Made by a program: the position numbers and the translations under genes. The notes under the pieces were generated by a model. The model did no database searches and had not been told where the DNA came from. It saw only the letters and a program-made list of their open reading frames with translations. From Clostridia bacterium (GTDB taxonomy: Bacteria > Bacillota > Clostridia > Oscillospirales > CAG-272): DNA of 54,102 nucleotides. The stretch is taken from NCBI GenBank assembly GCA_017463405.1, contig JAFTPJ010000003.1, positions 1 to 54,102 of the forward strand, read 5' to 3'. This document shows positions 29,507 through 40,144 of the stretch, piece after piece (positions within the stretch are counted from its first letter, which is position 1; every line of letters begins with the position of its first letter).

Positions 29507-31936
29507 TTATTTTACCTTTTTCAACTTCCAGATTCTCTGTGCATATTCCTCAATGCTGCGATCCGCGGCGAACTTGCCCGCGGCTGCAATATTGAGTAGG
29601 GACATGCGATTCCACTTTGCCTTGTCCTGATATGCCGCCATCATCGCCTCGTGCGTCAGTCTGTAGGACTCAAAGTCGGCGAGACACATATAGGGGTCTG
29701 CCACGCCGTGCCCGTTGTTGAGCAGATAGGATGCGATATCCGCAAAGGATTCACCCGCAAATCCAACGGAGAGCTGATTGATGATGCGTGTAAGTCTTTC
29801 GTTGGAAATGAAATAGCTTGCTGCACTGTAGCCGTTGAGCCAAAGCTGCTCGACCTCGTCTGCCTTGAGTCCGAAGATGAACATGTTTTCGGCTCCTGCC
29901 GCCTCCTGCATCTCAACGTTTGCACCATCAAGCGTACCGATGGTCAACGCTCCGTTGATCATCAGCTTCATGCAGCCCGTGCCGCTCGCTTCCTTACCCG
30001 CAAGCGAGATTTGCTCACTGATCTCGGCAGACGGTACCAGAGCCTCTGCCATGCTGACGCTGTAGTTTTCCAGGAATACGACGTTCAGCTTTTCGCGGAT
30101 TTTCGGATTCTGTTCGATGTCCTTACTGATCATACAAAGCAGCTTAATGATGCGCTTTGCCATATCGTAGCCGGGTGCTGCCTTTGCGCCGAAGATGAAG
30201 GTCTGCGGCTGCATATCGAGATTGGGATTTTCCTTCAGGTCCAGATACAGCCCGATGATATTCAGTGCGTTGAGCAGCTGACGCTTGTATTCGTGCAGAC
30301 GCTTGATCTGTACGTCAAATACCGAGTGCGTGTCAATCTTTTTGCCCGTTTTTGTCTGTACGAGGTTGGAGAATGCGATCTTATTCTCATGCTTGATTGC
30401 ACGCAGACGATCTTTGACCGTCTCGTCGTCTGCGAACTTTGCAAAATTCGCAAGCTCCTCGGGACGGTGACGGTAGTCCGGACCGATGCACTCATCCAGC
30501 AGGGATGCAAGCTTGGGGTTCGAGTAGCACAGCCAGCGGCGATGAGCAATACCGTTGGTCACGTTGTCAAACTTCTCGGGATACATGCGGTAGAAATCCT
30601 TGAAGGTGGAATCCTTGAGGATGCTTGAGTGTAGCTCGGATACACCGTTGACTGAGTGCGACGCGATGACCGAAAGATTGGCCATGCGTACCTGACCGTA
30701 GCCGATGATGCTCATGTGCGAGATTCTGCCCCAGTTGCCGGGGAATGCGGTCCAAGCCGCACGGCAGAAGCGCTCGTTGATCTCCTTGACGATCATATAG
30801 ATACGCGGGAGCTTGAGGCGGAACAGATCCTCGTTCCATGTCTCCAACGCCTCGGGCATGACCGTATGGTTGGTATAGGAAACGGTGCGGGTGACGATGC
30901 TCCACGCCTTTTCCCAGGAGAAGAAATAGTCATCGATGAGGATGCGCATCAATTCGGGAACGCAGAGCGCCGGATGCGTATCGTTGATGTGGATAGCCAC
31001 CTTTTCGGGCAGATTTTCCAGCGTTCCGTAAACAGCCATGTGATCGCGGATGATGCTCTGGATTGATGCGGAAACAAGGAAATACTGTTGCGAAAGACGC
31101 AAAAGCTTTCCTTCGGTGTGGTTGTCGGAGGGATAGAGCACTTTGGAAATAATCTCCGCGTTGGTGCTTTCCTCCAACGCGCGGGTGTACTGCCCCTGCG
31201 TAAACAGACGCATATCAAACTTCTGCGTGTTGCGTGCGCGCCATAGACGAAGCTGGCTGACCGCGGAGCTACCGGCGCCCGAGATCATCGTGTCGTAAGG
31301 CACTGCCTCAATCTCCTCATTGTCCTCGTAAATGATCTCGCAGTGTCCGTCGCTCTTCCATTCCTCTCTGACGCGACCGCCAAAGCGGACCTTGTAGGTG
31401 CGGTCGGTTCTCGGAACCAGCCAGACCTCACCGCCGGGGAGCCAGATATCGGGCGTTTCGACCTGAATACCGTCAACAATCATCTGCTTGAACAATCCGT
31501 ACTCGTAGCAGATGGAAAAGCCGGTTGCGGGATAGTCGAGGGAGGACAGCGAATCCATAAAGCATGCGGCAAGTCTGCCGAGTCCTCCATTGCCGAGCCC
31601 CGCGTCGGGTTCGCACTCGTAAAGATCGTCTAATTTGAAGCCGAGCTTGTCGAGTGCCTTTTCATACGCGTCTGCAAGACCGAGGTTGCAGAGATTTGTT
31701 TTGAGAGAGCGGCCGAGCAGAAATTCCATGCACATATAATACACGCGCTTAGCTCCCGCCTTGTTGACCTTATTTTTGTATGCGGAGCGCTTTTCACTCA
31801 AGAGATTTTTTACGGTGATGGCTGCCGCTTTGTACATCTGGTCACGGGACGCTTCCTGCGCGGTACAGCCGAAATGGCGTTGCAGCACGCTCTCCAGTAA
31901 TTCTTTGACCTCTGCACTGTTGGGATTATAATTCAT
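29507..31936 (-). CDS. glgP: Glycogen/alpha-glucan phosphorylase
   Basis: 809-aa ORF. It has GLGNGGLGRLAACFMDS and the PLP-lysine block GKEASGTGCMKLMINGALTIGTLDGANVE. Confidence 0.95.
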   Translation of the reverse strand: MNYNPNSAEVKELLESVLQRHFGCTAQEASRDQMYKAAAITVKNLLSEKRSAYKNKVNKAGAKRVYYMCMEFLLGRSLKTNLCNLGLADAYEKALDKLGFKLDDLYECEPDAGLGNGGLGRLAACFMDSLSSLDYPATGFSICYEYGLFKQMIVDGIQVETPDIWLPGGEVWLVPRTDRTYKVRFGGRVREEWKSDGHCEIIYEDNEEIEAVPYDTMISGAGSSAVSQLRLWRARNTQKFDMRLFTQGQYTRALEESTNAEIISKVLYPSDNHTEGKLLRLSQQYFLVSASIQSIIRDHMAVYGTLENLPEKVAIHINDTHPALCVPELMRILIDDYFFSWEKAWSIVTRTVSYTNHTVMPEALETWNEDLFRLKLPRIYMIVKEINERFCRAAWTAFPGNWGRISHMSIIGYGQVRMANLSVIASHSVNGVSELHSSILKDSTFKDFYRMYPEKFDNVTNGIAHRRWLCYSNPKLASLLDECIGPDYRHRPEELANFAKFADDETVKDRLRAIKHENKIAFSNLVQTKTGKKIDTHSVFDVQIKRLHEYKRQLLNALNIIGLYLDLKENPNLDMQPQTFIFGAKAAPGYDMAKRIIKLLCMISKDIEQNPKIREKLNVVFLENYSVSMAEALVPSAEISEQISLAGKEASGTGCMKLMINGALTIGTLDGANVEMQEAAGAENMFIFGLKADEVEQLWLNGYSAASYFISNERLTRIINQLSVGFAGESFADIASYLLNNGHGVADPYMCLADFESYRLTHEAMMAAYQDKAKWNRMSLLNIAAAGKFAADRSIEEYAQRIWKLKKVK

Positions 31937-31992
31937 AACAAATGAGCCTCCAAGGGATAAAGTGGATATTTTTTGGTATAGGGCACGCAGAA

Positions 31993-33426
31993 TCAGAGCT
32001 CTGCGTAAAGCTCGAGATATTTCTCAGCGGACGTCTTCCACGAAAAATCGGTCTCCATGATCTTACGAACCAGCTTTTTACGCGCAGGCGCATCATTCCA
32101 AAGTGCGATTGCAGTCTCGGTGCACTCCTGTAGCTCGTAAGAGGAATAATTTGCGAACGTAAAGCCGTTTCCGCAGATTTTATCGCCGTCCACCCAATAG
32201 GGTTTGATCGAATCGTACAGACCGCCTGTCTCACGCACCACCGGGATTGCGCCGTAACGGGATGCGATCATCTGCGACAGTCCGCACGGTTCGCTCTTCG
32301 ACGGCATCAGGAAGATATCGGTCGCTGCATAAATACGCTTGGAAAGATCGCGGTCGTAGGTGATCAGCGCCTTGACCTTATCGGGGTACGCCGATTCCAG
32401 ATCGGTAAAGAGTTGTTCATAACGGGGCTCTCCTTTGCCTAGAATGATCAGCTGGATATCGTTGTTTGCGACAATATCCCAGATACATTCGGCAACGATG
32501 TCAAGACCCTTGTGGGATGCAAGTCGGGAGATGACCGCAAGTAACGGAATGTCCTTTTGCTCAGGGAGTCCCACCTCCTTCTGCATCGCGGTTTTATTCT
32601 TTGTCTTGCCTGCCATACGCGTGGGGGTGAATGAAGCTGCGATCGCGGGATCGGTCTCCGGATTGTAATAACTGTAATCGATTCCGTTGAGAATGCCGCA
32701 CAGCTTGTGCACGTTGCGGTTCAGGCAATGCTCCAGACCGTGCGCATACTCTGCGGTACGGATTTCCTCGGCATAGCGCGGGCTGACCGTTGTCACTCGG
32801 TCGGCGCATTCGATTGCCGCCTTCATCAAATTGATGCAACCGCTGTGATCCATCAGGGAGTGTTCGTTTTCGCCGAGTGCGAACACATCACCGAGGATCG
32901 CGAAATCGTAAATTCCCTGATATTCGATGTTGTGGATGGTGAACGCGGTTCGGATTCCGCCGTAACCGGGACGGTTGCGGTAGATGCAGTTGAGATATAC
33001 CACCGACAGCGCCGACTGCCAGTCGTGCGCGTGCAGGATATCGGGATAGAAATTCAGATGTGCCATCAGCTCCATGACCGCCATGCAGAAATATGCATAA
33101 CGCTCACCGTCATCGAAGAAGCCGTACAGTGCGGGACGCTTGAAATAGTATTCGTTGTCGATAAAATAGTAGGTGACGCCGTCCTTTTGCAGGCTGTAAA
33201 CGCCACAATACTGCTGGCGCCAGGCAAGATCCACGTAGAACACGTCCTCCTGCTTCATTTGTGAGCGCCACACATCAGATACTGCCGCATAAAGCGGAAG
33301 CACCACGCGTACGTCAGCCTCGCCCGTAGCGGCAATGGATGCGGGAAGTGAGCCCATTACATCACCCAAGCCGCCGGTCGCGGCGAAGGGCATGACCTCG
33401 GCACCTACGTATAAAATCTTTTTCAT
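31993..33426 (-). CDS. glgA: Glycogen synthase (ADP-glucose type)
   Basis: 477-aa ORF. The N-terminus contains EVMPFAATGGLGDVMGSLP (the KTGGLADV-type motif). The C-terminal block is MPSKSEPCGLSQMIASRYGAIPVVRETGGL. Confidence 0.95.
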   Translation of the reverse strand: MKKILYVGAEVMPFAATGGLGDVMGSLPASIAATGEADVRVVLPLYAAVSDVWRSQMKQEDVFYVDLAWRQQYCGVYSLQKDGVTYYFIDNEYYFKRPALYGFFDDGERYAYFCMAVMELMAHLNFYPDILHAHDWQSALSVVYLNCIYRNRPGYGGIRTAFTIHNIEYQGIYDFAILGDVFALGENEHSLMDHSGCINLMKAAIECADRVTTVSPRYAEEIRTAEYAHGLEHCLNRNVHKLCGILNGIDYSYYNPETDPAIAASFTPTRMAGKTKNKTAMQKEVGLPEQKDIPLLAVISRLASHKGLDIVAECIWDIVANNDIQLIILGKGEPRYEQLFTDLESAYPDKVKALITYDRDLSKRIYAATDIFLMPSKSEPCGLSQMIASRYGAIPVVRETGGLYDSIKPYWVDGDKICGNGFTFANYSSYELQECTETAIALWNDAPARKKLVRKIMETDFSWKTSAEKYLELYAEL

Positions 33427-33450
33427 AAGGGATCAAAATCCTTTCTTTTA

Positions 33451-34584
33451 TTAGACCATAATGCCCTTGCCGATGAAGAACGGCATGGTTTCATAGCCCG
33501 AGAGCATTCTTTCGTCCTTGATCACCACGTTTTTATCAGTAATCACACAGTTGAGAGTGACGCCGGAGCCGACGTAGGTGTCCTGTAGCAGAATGCTGTT
33601 TTTCACCACGGTACCCTTACCGATGTGTACGCCGCGGAAGATGATGGAGTTCTCCACTGTTCCCTCAATGATGCAACCGTCGGCGATCATGCTGTTTTTG
33701 ATATTTGCCTCGTGCGAATATTTTGTAGGCGCACTGTTGCGGATTTTGGTAAAGATCTTTCGGTCGGGAGACGCGAACAGATCGCGGCGCACGTTGTCCT
33801 GCAGGAGCATCATCGAGGTGCTGAAATAGTTTTCCAACGAGGAGATGCAGGCGCAGAAGCCGTCAAAAACGTATGCGTGGATCGGTTTCTTTTTCAGTTG
33901 CTTTGCGATGATATCACGCGAGAAACTCTTGTAACCGTGAGCGATTGAATCGGAAATGATATTCTGAAGATCCGCACGGCTGACCACCATAAGATTGGTG
34001 TTGACGTAACAGGAGCCCCTCTTGGGGAGTGCATATGCGACCTCGGTGACACGTCCGGCGTCATCCAGCGTCAGAACTCCGGCACTTTGGTCGAAGACCG
34101 AATTTTTGACCTCTGTTTTCTTGGCGACGAGCGTGATGTATGCACCCGAGCGGATATGCTCGTCAATCACGGCACCGATATCGATATTCATGATTACGTC
34201 GCAGTCGCTGAGCACAATGTAGTCGGCGCCGCAACGGTTGATGAAGTTTACAGAGCCCATCAGCGCCTCAAGTCTGTTTTCATACAACTTTCCCGCGGCG
34301 CTGTTTTCATATGCAGTCACATACGGGGGCAGGATCTTGATACCGCCCGAGCGGCGAGCCAGATCCCAGTCTTTTCCGTTCCCGATGTGATCCATCAGGG
34401 ATTGGTAATTATAATGGGTGATCACGCCGACGGTGGAGATGTCGGAGTTGACCATATTGGAAAGTGCAAAGTCGATCAGACGGTAGCGGCATCCGAAGGG
34501 AATGCTTGCCATCGTGCGCCTCCGTGTCATTTCGGGGATGCCTTGGTCATGGATATTGGAAAAAATCAATCCTGCTGCAGTCAT
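33451..34584 (-). CDS. glgD: Glucose-1-phosphate adenylyltransferase, GlgD subunit
   Basis: 377-aa ORF that is a paralogue of GlgC lacking the GGxGxRL motif. The N-terminal region reads RTMASIPFGCRYRLIDFALSNMVNS. It has a left-handed beta-helix C-terminus and sits between glgC and glgA, as in Bacillus glgBCDAP. Confidence 0.88.
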   Translation of the reverse strand: MTAAGLIFSNIHDQGIPEMTRRRTMASIPFGCRYRLIDFALSNMVNSDISTVGVITHYNYQSLMDHIGNGKDWDLARRSGGIKILPPYVTAYENSAAGKLYENRLEALMGSVNFINRCGADYIVLSDCDVIMNIDIGAVIDEHIRSGAYITLVAKKTEVKNSVFDQSAGVLTLDDAGRVTEVAYALPKRGSCYVNTNLMVVSRADLQNIISDSIAHGYKSFSRDIIAKQLKKKPIHAYVFDGFCACISSLENYFSTSMMLLQDNVRRDLFASPDRKIFTKIRNSAPTKYSHEANIKNSMIADGCIIEGTVENSIIFRGVHIGKGTVVKNSILLQDTYVGSGVTLNCVITDKNVVIKDERMLSGYETMPFFIGKGIMV

Positions 34585-34599
34585 TTCGTTGCCCTCCCT

Positions 34600-35784
34600 T
34601 TATATTTCTGAAATCATCGCGCCTGCGTTGATCTTCTGTCCGTCGGAAATCGAGATTCCCGCACCCACAACGGCAATTCCGTCGGCACAGGCGCGGCTCT
34701 CACCCACGGTTGCCTTTTTACCGATTGAGACGTTTTCGTCAAGAATCGCGTATTTTACAGTGGCGTTGTCACCGATCGAGACTCCGTTCATCAGCACGCT
34801 GTCCTCGACCACAGCTCCCTTACCGACATACACTCCCGCCCCCAGTACGCTGTTCTTTACCGTTCCATAAATCTCACAGCCCGCGGTGATCGATGCGTTT
34901 TCCACGACCGCATCTCCGCTGATGTACTGCGGCGGCTGTGCCGTGTGTCGGCTGTAAATGCGCCAGCTCTCCTCGGATAGAGACAACTCGGGATTGGCGC
35001 CGAGCAGATCCATATTTGCCTCCCAGAGAGACTGAATGGTACCGACGTCCTTCCAGTATCCCTCAAAGGAGTACGCCATCATCCGCTCACCCGCCGCCAG
35101 CATGTTGGGGATGATATTCTTTCCGAAATCGTTGGATGATGCGGGATTGAGGCTGTCCTCCTCCAGATACTTCTGCAGTTTGTCCTTTGTAAAGATATAG
35201 ATACCCATCGATGCCTTGGTGCTGTCAGGATTCTTCGGTTTTTCGCTGAACTTGTAGATGCTTCCGTCGTCGTTTGTGCTCATGATACCGAAGCGGCTTG
35301 CCTCCTCGATCGGTACGTCGATGACCGCGATCGTGCAGTCTGCCTCGGTCTGCTTATGATAGTCCAGCATTTTGGCATAGTCCATTTTATAGATGTGATC
35401 GCCCGAAAGGATCAGCACGTATTTTGCATCGTAGCGGTTGATGAACTCCATATTCTGCCAGATTGCATTTGCGGTTCCCTTGTACCAGTCGGCACCGCTC
35501 TGTCCCTGATAGGGAGCGAGAATCTGTACACCGCCGTAGGTGCGGTCAAGATCCCACGGCAGACCGTTTCCGATATATTCGTTGAGAAGCAAGGGGCGGT
35601 ACTGCGTCAGCACGCCGACGGTGTCAACGCCGGAGTTGATGCAGTTGGAAAGCGGAAAATCAATGATGCGGTATTTTCCGCCGTAGGAGACAGAGGGTTT
35701 CGCGGTTTTTTGAGTCAATGCGTAAAGACGGCTTCCCTGACCGCCTGCCAAAAGCATGGCAACGCATTCTTTTTTCTTGAACAT
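34600..35784 (-). CDS. glgC: Glucose-1-phosphate adenylyltransferase
   Basis: The ORF track gives 34600..35889, which overlaps glgB. I prefer ATG 35784 ([20 protein letters not shown]), with AGGAGG about 11 nt upstream, giving 394 aa. [19 protein letters not shown] is typical of the family. Confidence 0.93.
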   Translation of the reverse strand: MFKKKECVAMLLAGGQGSRLYALTQKTAKPSVSYGGKYRIIDFPLSNCINSGVDTVGVLTQYRPLLLNEYIGNGLPWDLDRTYGGVQILAPYQGQSGADWYKGTANAIWQNMEFINRYDAKYVLILSGDHIYKMDYAKMLDYHKQTEADCTIAVIDVPIEEASRFGIMSTNDDGSIYKFSEKPKNPDSTKASMGIYIFTKDKLQKYLEEDSLNPASSNDFGKNIIPNMLAAGERMMAYSFEGYWKDVGTIQSLWEANMDLLGANPELSLSEESWRIYSRHTAQPPQYISGDAVVENASITAGCEIYGTVKNSVLGAGVYVGKGAVVEDSVLMNGVSIGDNATVKYAILDENVSIGKKATVGESRACADGIAVVGAGISISDGQKINAGAMISEI

Positions 35785-35857
35785 AGCGTTTTGATTCCTC
35801 CTGTATATAGTTATTGAAATAAGGAATAAGATAAATAAACGTAAACGGTAAACGGCA

Positions 35858-37786
35858 TCAGCGCTTCGCCTTTGGTGCGCGTCTGACACACCGCAGGATC
35901 ACTGCTCCCATCGGAGGTACAATGATCGATACCGCATTCGTGTATCCCCGCAACATGCAGGGAACGGTTTTGCGCTTGCCCGGGTTGAGGTTTCCATCAC
36001 CGCCGTAGCGCGCGTCATCGGTGTTGAAAACCTCCTCATAAATACCCGCTTCGGGAACTGCTAACAGAAAGTCCTCCCGTTTGACTGGCAGGAAGTTGAC
36101 AAGGATCACGAGCTCCCTTCCCTTCCGATCGATGCGACGGTAGGAATAAATGCTCTGGTCAGCGTTATCGGCATCGATCCAGCGGAAGCTATCCCAATTG
36201 TCATCTCTGTCCCAAAGCGCGGGATTTTCCAGATAGAAGCGGTTCAACTCTGCATTGAACAACTGGAGCTTGGCGTGCATATCATAGTCGAGAAGGAACC
36301 ATTCGATCTGATCCTCATAGTCCCACTCGCGGAACATGCCGATTTCGCTCCCCATAAACAGTAGTTTCTTTCCGGGGTGCGTCATCATATACGTCATGAA
36401 TGCCCGCGTCCCCGCAAATTTTTTCTCATATTCGCCCGGCATTCGGTTCAGCAGTGATTTTTTACCGTGCACGACCTCGTCGTGTGAGATCGGAAGCACA
36501 AATTTTTCGCTGAAGGAGTAGGTGATCGAGAAATTGAGGCGGTTGTGGTGATATTTTCTCCATAGCGGATCCTCCTCGGCGTATGACAGGGAATCGTTCA
36601 TCCATCCCATGTTCCATTTGAGAGAAAAGCCGAGTCCGCCGTTGTCAAAGCCCGTGATGTTCGACCACGCCGTTGATTCTTCTGCGATGGTCATCACGTC
36701 CGGGTAAGCACTTGCCAAAAAGGAATTGAGCTTTTGGAAAAAGGAGATCGCCTCTAGACATTTGTTGTCACCGTTGACATTCGGTACCCACTCTCCGGGA
36801 CGCTTGTCGTAATCGAGATACAGCATCGACGCCACAGCATCCACCCGCAAGCCGTCAATGTGATATTTTTCCAGCCAGTAGACGGCGTTGGAGATTAGAA
36901 AGCTCTGCACTTCCTCGCGCCCCACATCGAAGCGTCTGGTTCCCCAGCCCTCGTGCTCGATGCGGTCCCAGCCCTGATATTCGTACAAGGGCTGACCGTC
37001 AAACTCATAAAGTCCGTGTGCGTCCTTTGGAAAATGTGCGGGAACCCAGTCCAGGATGACACCAATACCCGCCTCATGCATATGATCGACAAATTGCATG
37101 AGTCCTTCGGGCGTACCGTATCGTGCCGTGGGCGCGAAATAGCCGCATACCTGATAGCCCCACGAGCCGTCAAATGGGTGCTCGCTTACGGGCATCAGCT
37201 CGACGTGTGTGTATCCCATCTGCTTGACGTAAACGGCGAGCTCGTCTGCCAGCTCCGTATAGCTGTAATAGCTTCCGTCCTCGTGCTTTTTCCACGAACC
37301 GGGGTGGATCTCATAGATATTGATCGGCTGTGCGCATATGTGGGCACGGTCGAATTTCCCCTTTCGGTATTTCATCCAACCGCCGTCACGCCATGCGTAG
37401 TCCGCGAGCTCATGAATCACCGACGCGGTTTCGGGCGGTATCTGCATGCTCACCCCGTAGGGGTCTGCCTTCAGTACTTCCTTTGTTCCGTTGCGGATGT
37501 GATATTTGTAATTTTGTCCTTCTGAAACGGCGGCGGACGGAAGCGAAAGCTCCCAAATCCCGGCGTCGGTTGCGCGTACCATTGGGTGAATGTCGGGTCT
37601 CCAGCCGTTAAAATCACCGCACACGGAAACCGCCCACGCGTTTGGCGCCCATACGCGGAAGACAATACGGTCGCCCTCACGGTGGACACCGAGATAGTCA
37701 TATGCGCGGTAATTTGTGCCTTGATGAAACAAATAGGGGGCGATATCGTTGTGTTCGCCATGCGTTTGATTTGTTTTCCCGCTCAT
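35858..37786 (-). CDS. glgB: 1,4-alpha-glucan branching enzyme
   Basis: 642-aa ORF. GH13 blocks are present: [35 protein letters not shown] and SHDEVVHGK. Confidence 0.95.
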   Translation of the reverse strand: MSGKTNQTHGEHNDIAPYLFHQGTNYRAYDYLGVHREGDRIVFRVWAPNAWAVSVCGDFNGWRPDIHPMVRATDAGIWELSLPSAAVSEGQNYKYHIRNGTKEVLKADPYGVSMQIPPETASVIHELADYAWRDGGWMKYRKGKFDRAHICAQPINIYEIHPGSWKKHEDGSYYSYTELADELAVYVKQMGYTHVELMPVSEHPFDGSWGYQVCGYFAPTARYGTPEGLMQFVDHMHEAGIGVILDWVPAHFPKDAHGLYEFDGQPLYEYQGWDRIEHEGWGTRRFDVGREEVQSFLISNAVYWLEKYHIDGLRVDAVASMLYLDYDKRPGEWVPNVNGDNKCLEAISFFQKLNSFLASAYPDVMTIAEESTAWSNITGFDNGGLGFSLKWNMGWMNDSLSYAEEDPLWRKYHHNRLNFSITYSFSEKFVLPISHDEVVHGKKSLLNRMPGEYEKKFAGTRAFMTYMMTHPGKKLLFMGSEIGMFREWDYEDQIEWFLLDYDMHAKLQLFNAELNRFYLENPALWDRDDNWDSFRWIDADNADQSIYSYRRIDRKGRELVILVNFLPVKREDFLLAVPEAGIYEEVFNTDDARYGGDGNLNPGKRKTVPCMLRGYTNAVSIIVPPMGAVILRCVRRAPKAKR

Positions 37787-38223
37787 TTTTGCTCACGTCC
37801 TTTCTGCTGTACGAATAGTATCTACCCTGCATAATAAAAATATACTATATTAATTATAACAATATATGATAAGATATTCAAGTGGTACAATGTTATTTTC
37901 GTCATTTTTTACAAAAAATCAGCAAAATCACAGTGAAATACAACAGAAAAGCTCCTTGCGGGCGTCATGCTTGTGAAAAATCTCCTTATTTGCCGGTTTT
38001 TTGATTGTTTTGTCTATTTTGCAATAGGATTAAATGCACAATAAAGTGTTCTCTGTTTTGTGCGAATGAGACAAAAACAAAAAATATTGTTATTATTTTA
38101 TCACAAAAATAAGTGCTTGTCAATGTGTATTTTGAACAAAGATACAAATGTGTTGCATATTTTTTATAAAAGCGGCTTGTCGAATTTGGATATTGTGACA
38201 AAAAACGGCAAAACGGCACGCTT

Positions 38224-38727
38224 TTACTTCGCCGCACGTTCCCACCAAACGGTTTCGAGCGTAATGCCGTCGCCTGCGAGTGCCAGCGGATATCCTTCTT
38301 GCATCAGCCGTAATTCTCCCTGCGGGAGATTTAGCCGTATCGATCCGTTCTCTTTTTGGACGTTTAGAATTTCGGTGCCCTCGAAGAGAAGCTTCAGCGG
38401 GCGAAGCCATCCGTCTGCCATGCTGTCGTCAAGCGGATAAGAAAGCGAATCCATTTCAACGAATAGCTTTCCGTCACCGTTCCGATACAACAGGATTCCC
38501 TGCATTGCTTGAGGGGACAGATAACGGATGTAAAGGGGCGCATCGGCGGTTTCCCTTCCGATCTCCGCGGAAAACGCGATTCCGTCCAGGCTTCCGCGGA
38601 TCTCTGCCCGAAAGGGGGTACTCCGATAGGCAAAATAAACGTCATTGCCCTGTGTGATGCGACTGCACCCCGAGAGCAGTATAAGAGCTGACAGTGTCAG
38701 CCATAGCAAAAAATAACGACCTTTCAT
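38224..38727 (-). CDS. Lipoprotein of unknown function
   Basis: 167-aa ORF. MKGRYFLLWLTLSALILLSGC is a signal peptide plus lipobox (LSGC). I recognised no family motif. Confidence 0.6.
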   Translation of the reverse strand: MKGRYFLLWLTLSALILLSGCSRITQGNDVYFAYRSTPFRAEIRGSLDGIAFSAEIGRETADAPLYIRYLSPQAMQGILLYRNGDGKLFVEMDSLSYPLDDSMADGWLRPLKLLFEGTEILNVQKENGSIRLNLPQGELRLMQEGYPLALAGDGITLETVWWERAAK

Positions 38728-38824
38728 TCCAATTTTCCTCCTGATATCTCTGCTGCAACGGTTGGTTTCGGCAGTTTTTACACTATTTATATGAAAAAAA
38801 CGAGCGATTCATGTAAAATGAGGA

Positions 38825-38853
38825 TTGCAATATTTGTCCGATTATGTTATAAT
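38825..38853 (+). promoter_or_regulatory. Candidate alr promoter
   Basis: TTGCAA (38825-38830), 17-nt spacer, TGtTATAAT (TATAAT 38848-38853). RBS AGGAGG is at 38878-38883 and the TTG start at 38892. Confidence 0.5.
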
Positions 38854-38891
38854 AAAGTTGATCTACTCAATGCAAAAAGGAGGTAACTGCT

Positions 38892-40088
38892 TTGAAGCTG
38901 CAGGATTATCGTCTGTATTCCTCTTTGGCTGACCTACCGTCCCTGCAAAAGTGGGCGGAGATCGACCTTGGCGCACTGCGCGCCAATTATCGGCTCCTGC
39001 ATCATACGCTCCGCTCGCACAGCGCGTCTGCCCGTATGATCGCGGTCGTCAAGGCGGATGCCTACGGTCACGGCGCCCCGGCATGCGTTCGCGCGCTTCT
39101 TCTTGAGGGGTGCGACTTTTTTGCCGTTTCCTGCATAGAGGAAGCGATTGCCGTCAGGCAGATTTGCGACGAGGTGGGGGGAGACACTGAGGTGCTGATT
39201 CTGGGATGCACCGAGCCCGCAATGGCTGCAACGCTCTCACGTCATCGGCTGATCCAAACAATCTTTTCACCATGCTATGCGGAAAAGCTTGCACAAAGCG
39301 CCGAGGAGGCGGGCGTGAGACTTTGCGTTCACATTGCGGTTGATACGGGAATGTGCCGCATTGGTTTTCCTGCACATACCGAGGAGGAAATTGCGATATC
39401 GGCGAATGCAATCCTTTGTGCGGGTAAGCGGCGCGGACTTGAGATTGCTGGCATGTATACGCATTTTGCGCGCGCAGACGAGGCGGATGCGATCGGCGCG
39501 GATTTTACGGGCTTGCAGGTTGGACGCTATTTGGAATTGCGTGCTCGCCTGGAGGCGAGCGGAATGCGGATTCCGTTCCACCACGTGAGCAACAGCGCAG
39601 CATTCATAGCGGGAAGAGCACCGCTGTTGGACGGAGTGCGCATCGGAATTTTACTCTATGGGGCACAGCCCGCTCTGCAAAACGGACTTTTCCTTACGCC
39701 TGTGATGCGTCTGCGGGCAAGCATTGTTCACACCTATCCCCTGCTCCCCGGAGAATGCGTTGGCTACGGCGGTGAATTTTCATCGGATACAGAGCGCAAA
39801 ATCGCCGTTCTTCCGATCGGATACGCCGACGGATTTTTACGCGCGTACAGCGGAGCAGAGGTGACGGTTCATACAAAGACGGGGTCGTTTTGTGCTCCGA
39901 TCGTCGGCAGAATCTGCATGGATCAATGCATGATTGATATTACCGATACCGATGCCGAGGTGGGTGATATGGTCACACTGTTCGGCGATGCAGACTCGCC
40001 TGCCGGGATGCTGGCGCAAAGAGTTGGGAGCATCGATTACGAGACGCTGTGTCTGGTATCCGCACGTGTGAAGCGCGTGATTTGCTGA
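38892..40088 (+). CDS. alr: Alanine racemase
   Basis: 398-aa ORF with a TTG start 8 nt after AGGAGG. WAEIDLGALRANY leads into the PLP-lysine motif AVVKADAYGHGA. The C-terminal block is GRICMDQCMIDIT. Confidence 0.92.
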   Translation: MKLQDYRLYSSLADLPSLQKWAEIDLGALRANYRLLHHTLRSHSASARMIAVVKADAYGHGAPACVRALLLEGCDFFAVSCIEEAIAVRQICDEVGGDTEVLILGCTEPAMAATLSRHRLIQTIFSPCYAEKLAQSAEEAGVRLCVHIAVDTGMCRIGFPAHTEEEIAISANAILCAGKRRGLEIAGMYTHFARADEADAIGADFTGLQVGRYLELRARLEASGMRIPFHHVSNSAAFIAGRAPLLDGVRIGILLYGAQPALQNGLFLTPVMRLRASIVHTYPLLPGECVGYGGEFSSDTERKIAVLPIGYADGFLRAYSGAEVTVHTKTGSFCAPIVGRICMDQCMIDITDTDAEVGDMVTLFGDADSPAGMLAQRVGSIDYETLCLVSARVKRVIC

Positions 40089-40144
40089 ACGGGTTCGGTA
40101 AATCACTTTTGATATGACTATTTTTGAAGTGAAGGAAGAGAGAG

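Noticed and set aside
37898-38184. Two Spo0A-box-like heptamers (TGNCGAA) in the long glgB upstream region: TGTCGAA at 38178-38184 (+) and TGACGAA at 37898-37904 (-).
   Set aside because: These are 7-mers with one degenerate position in 437 bp of AT-rich DNA. Two hits are only weakly above chance, and nothing in the window shows that the organism sporulates.
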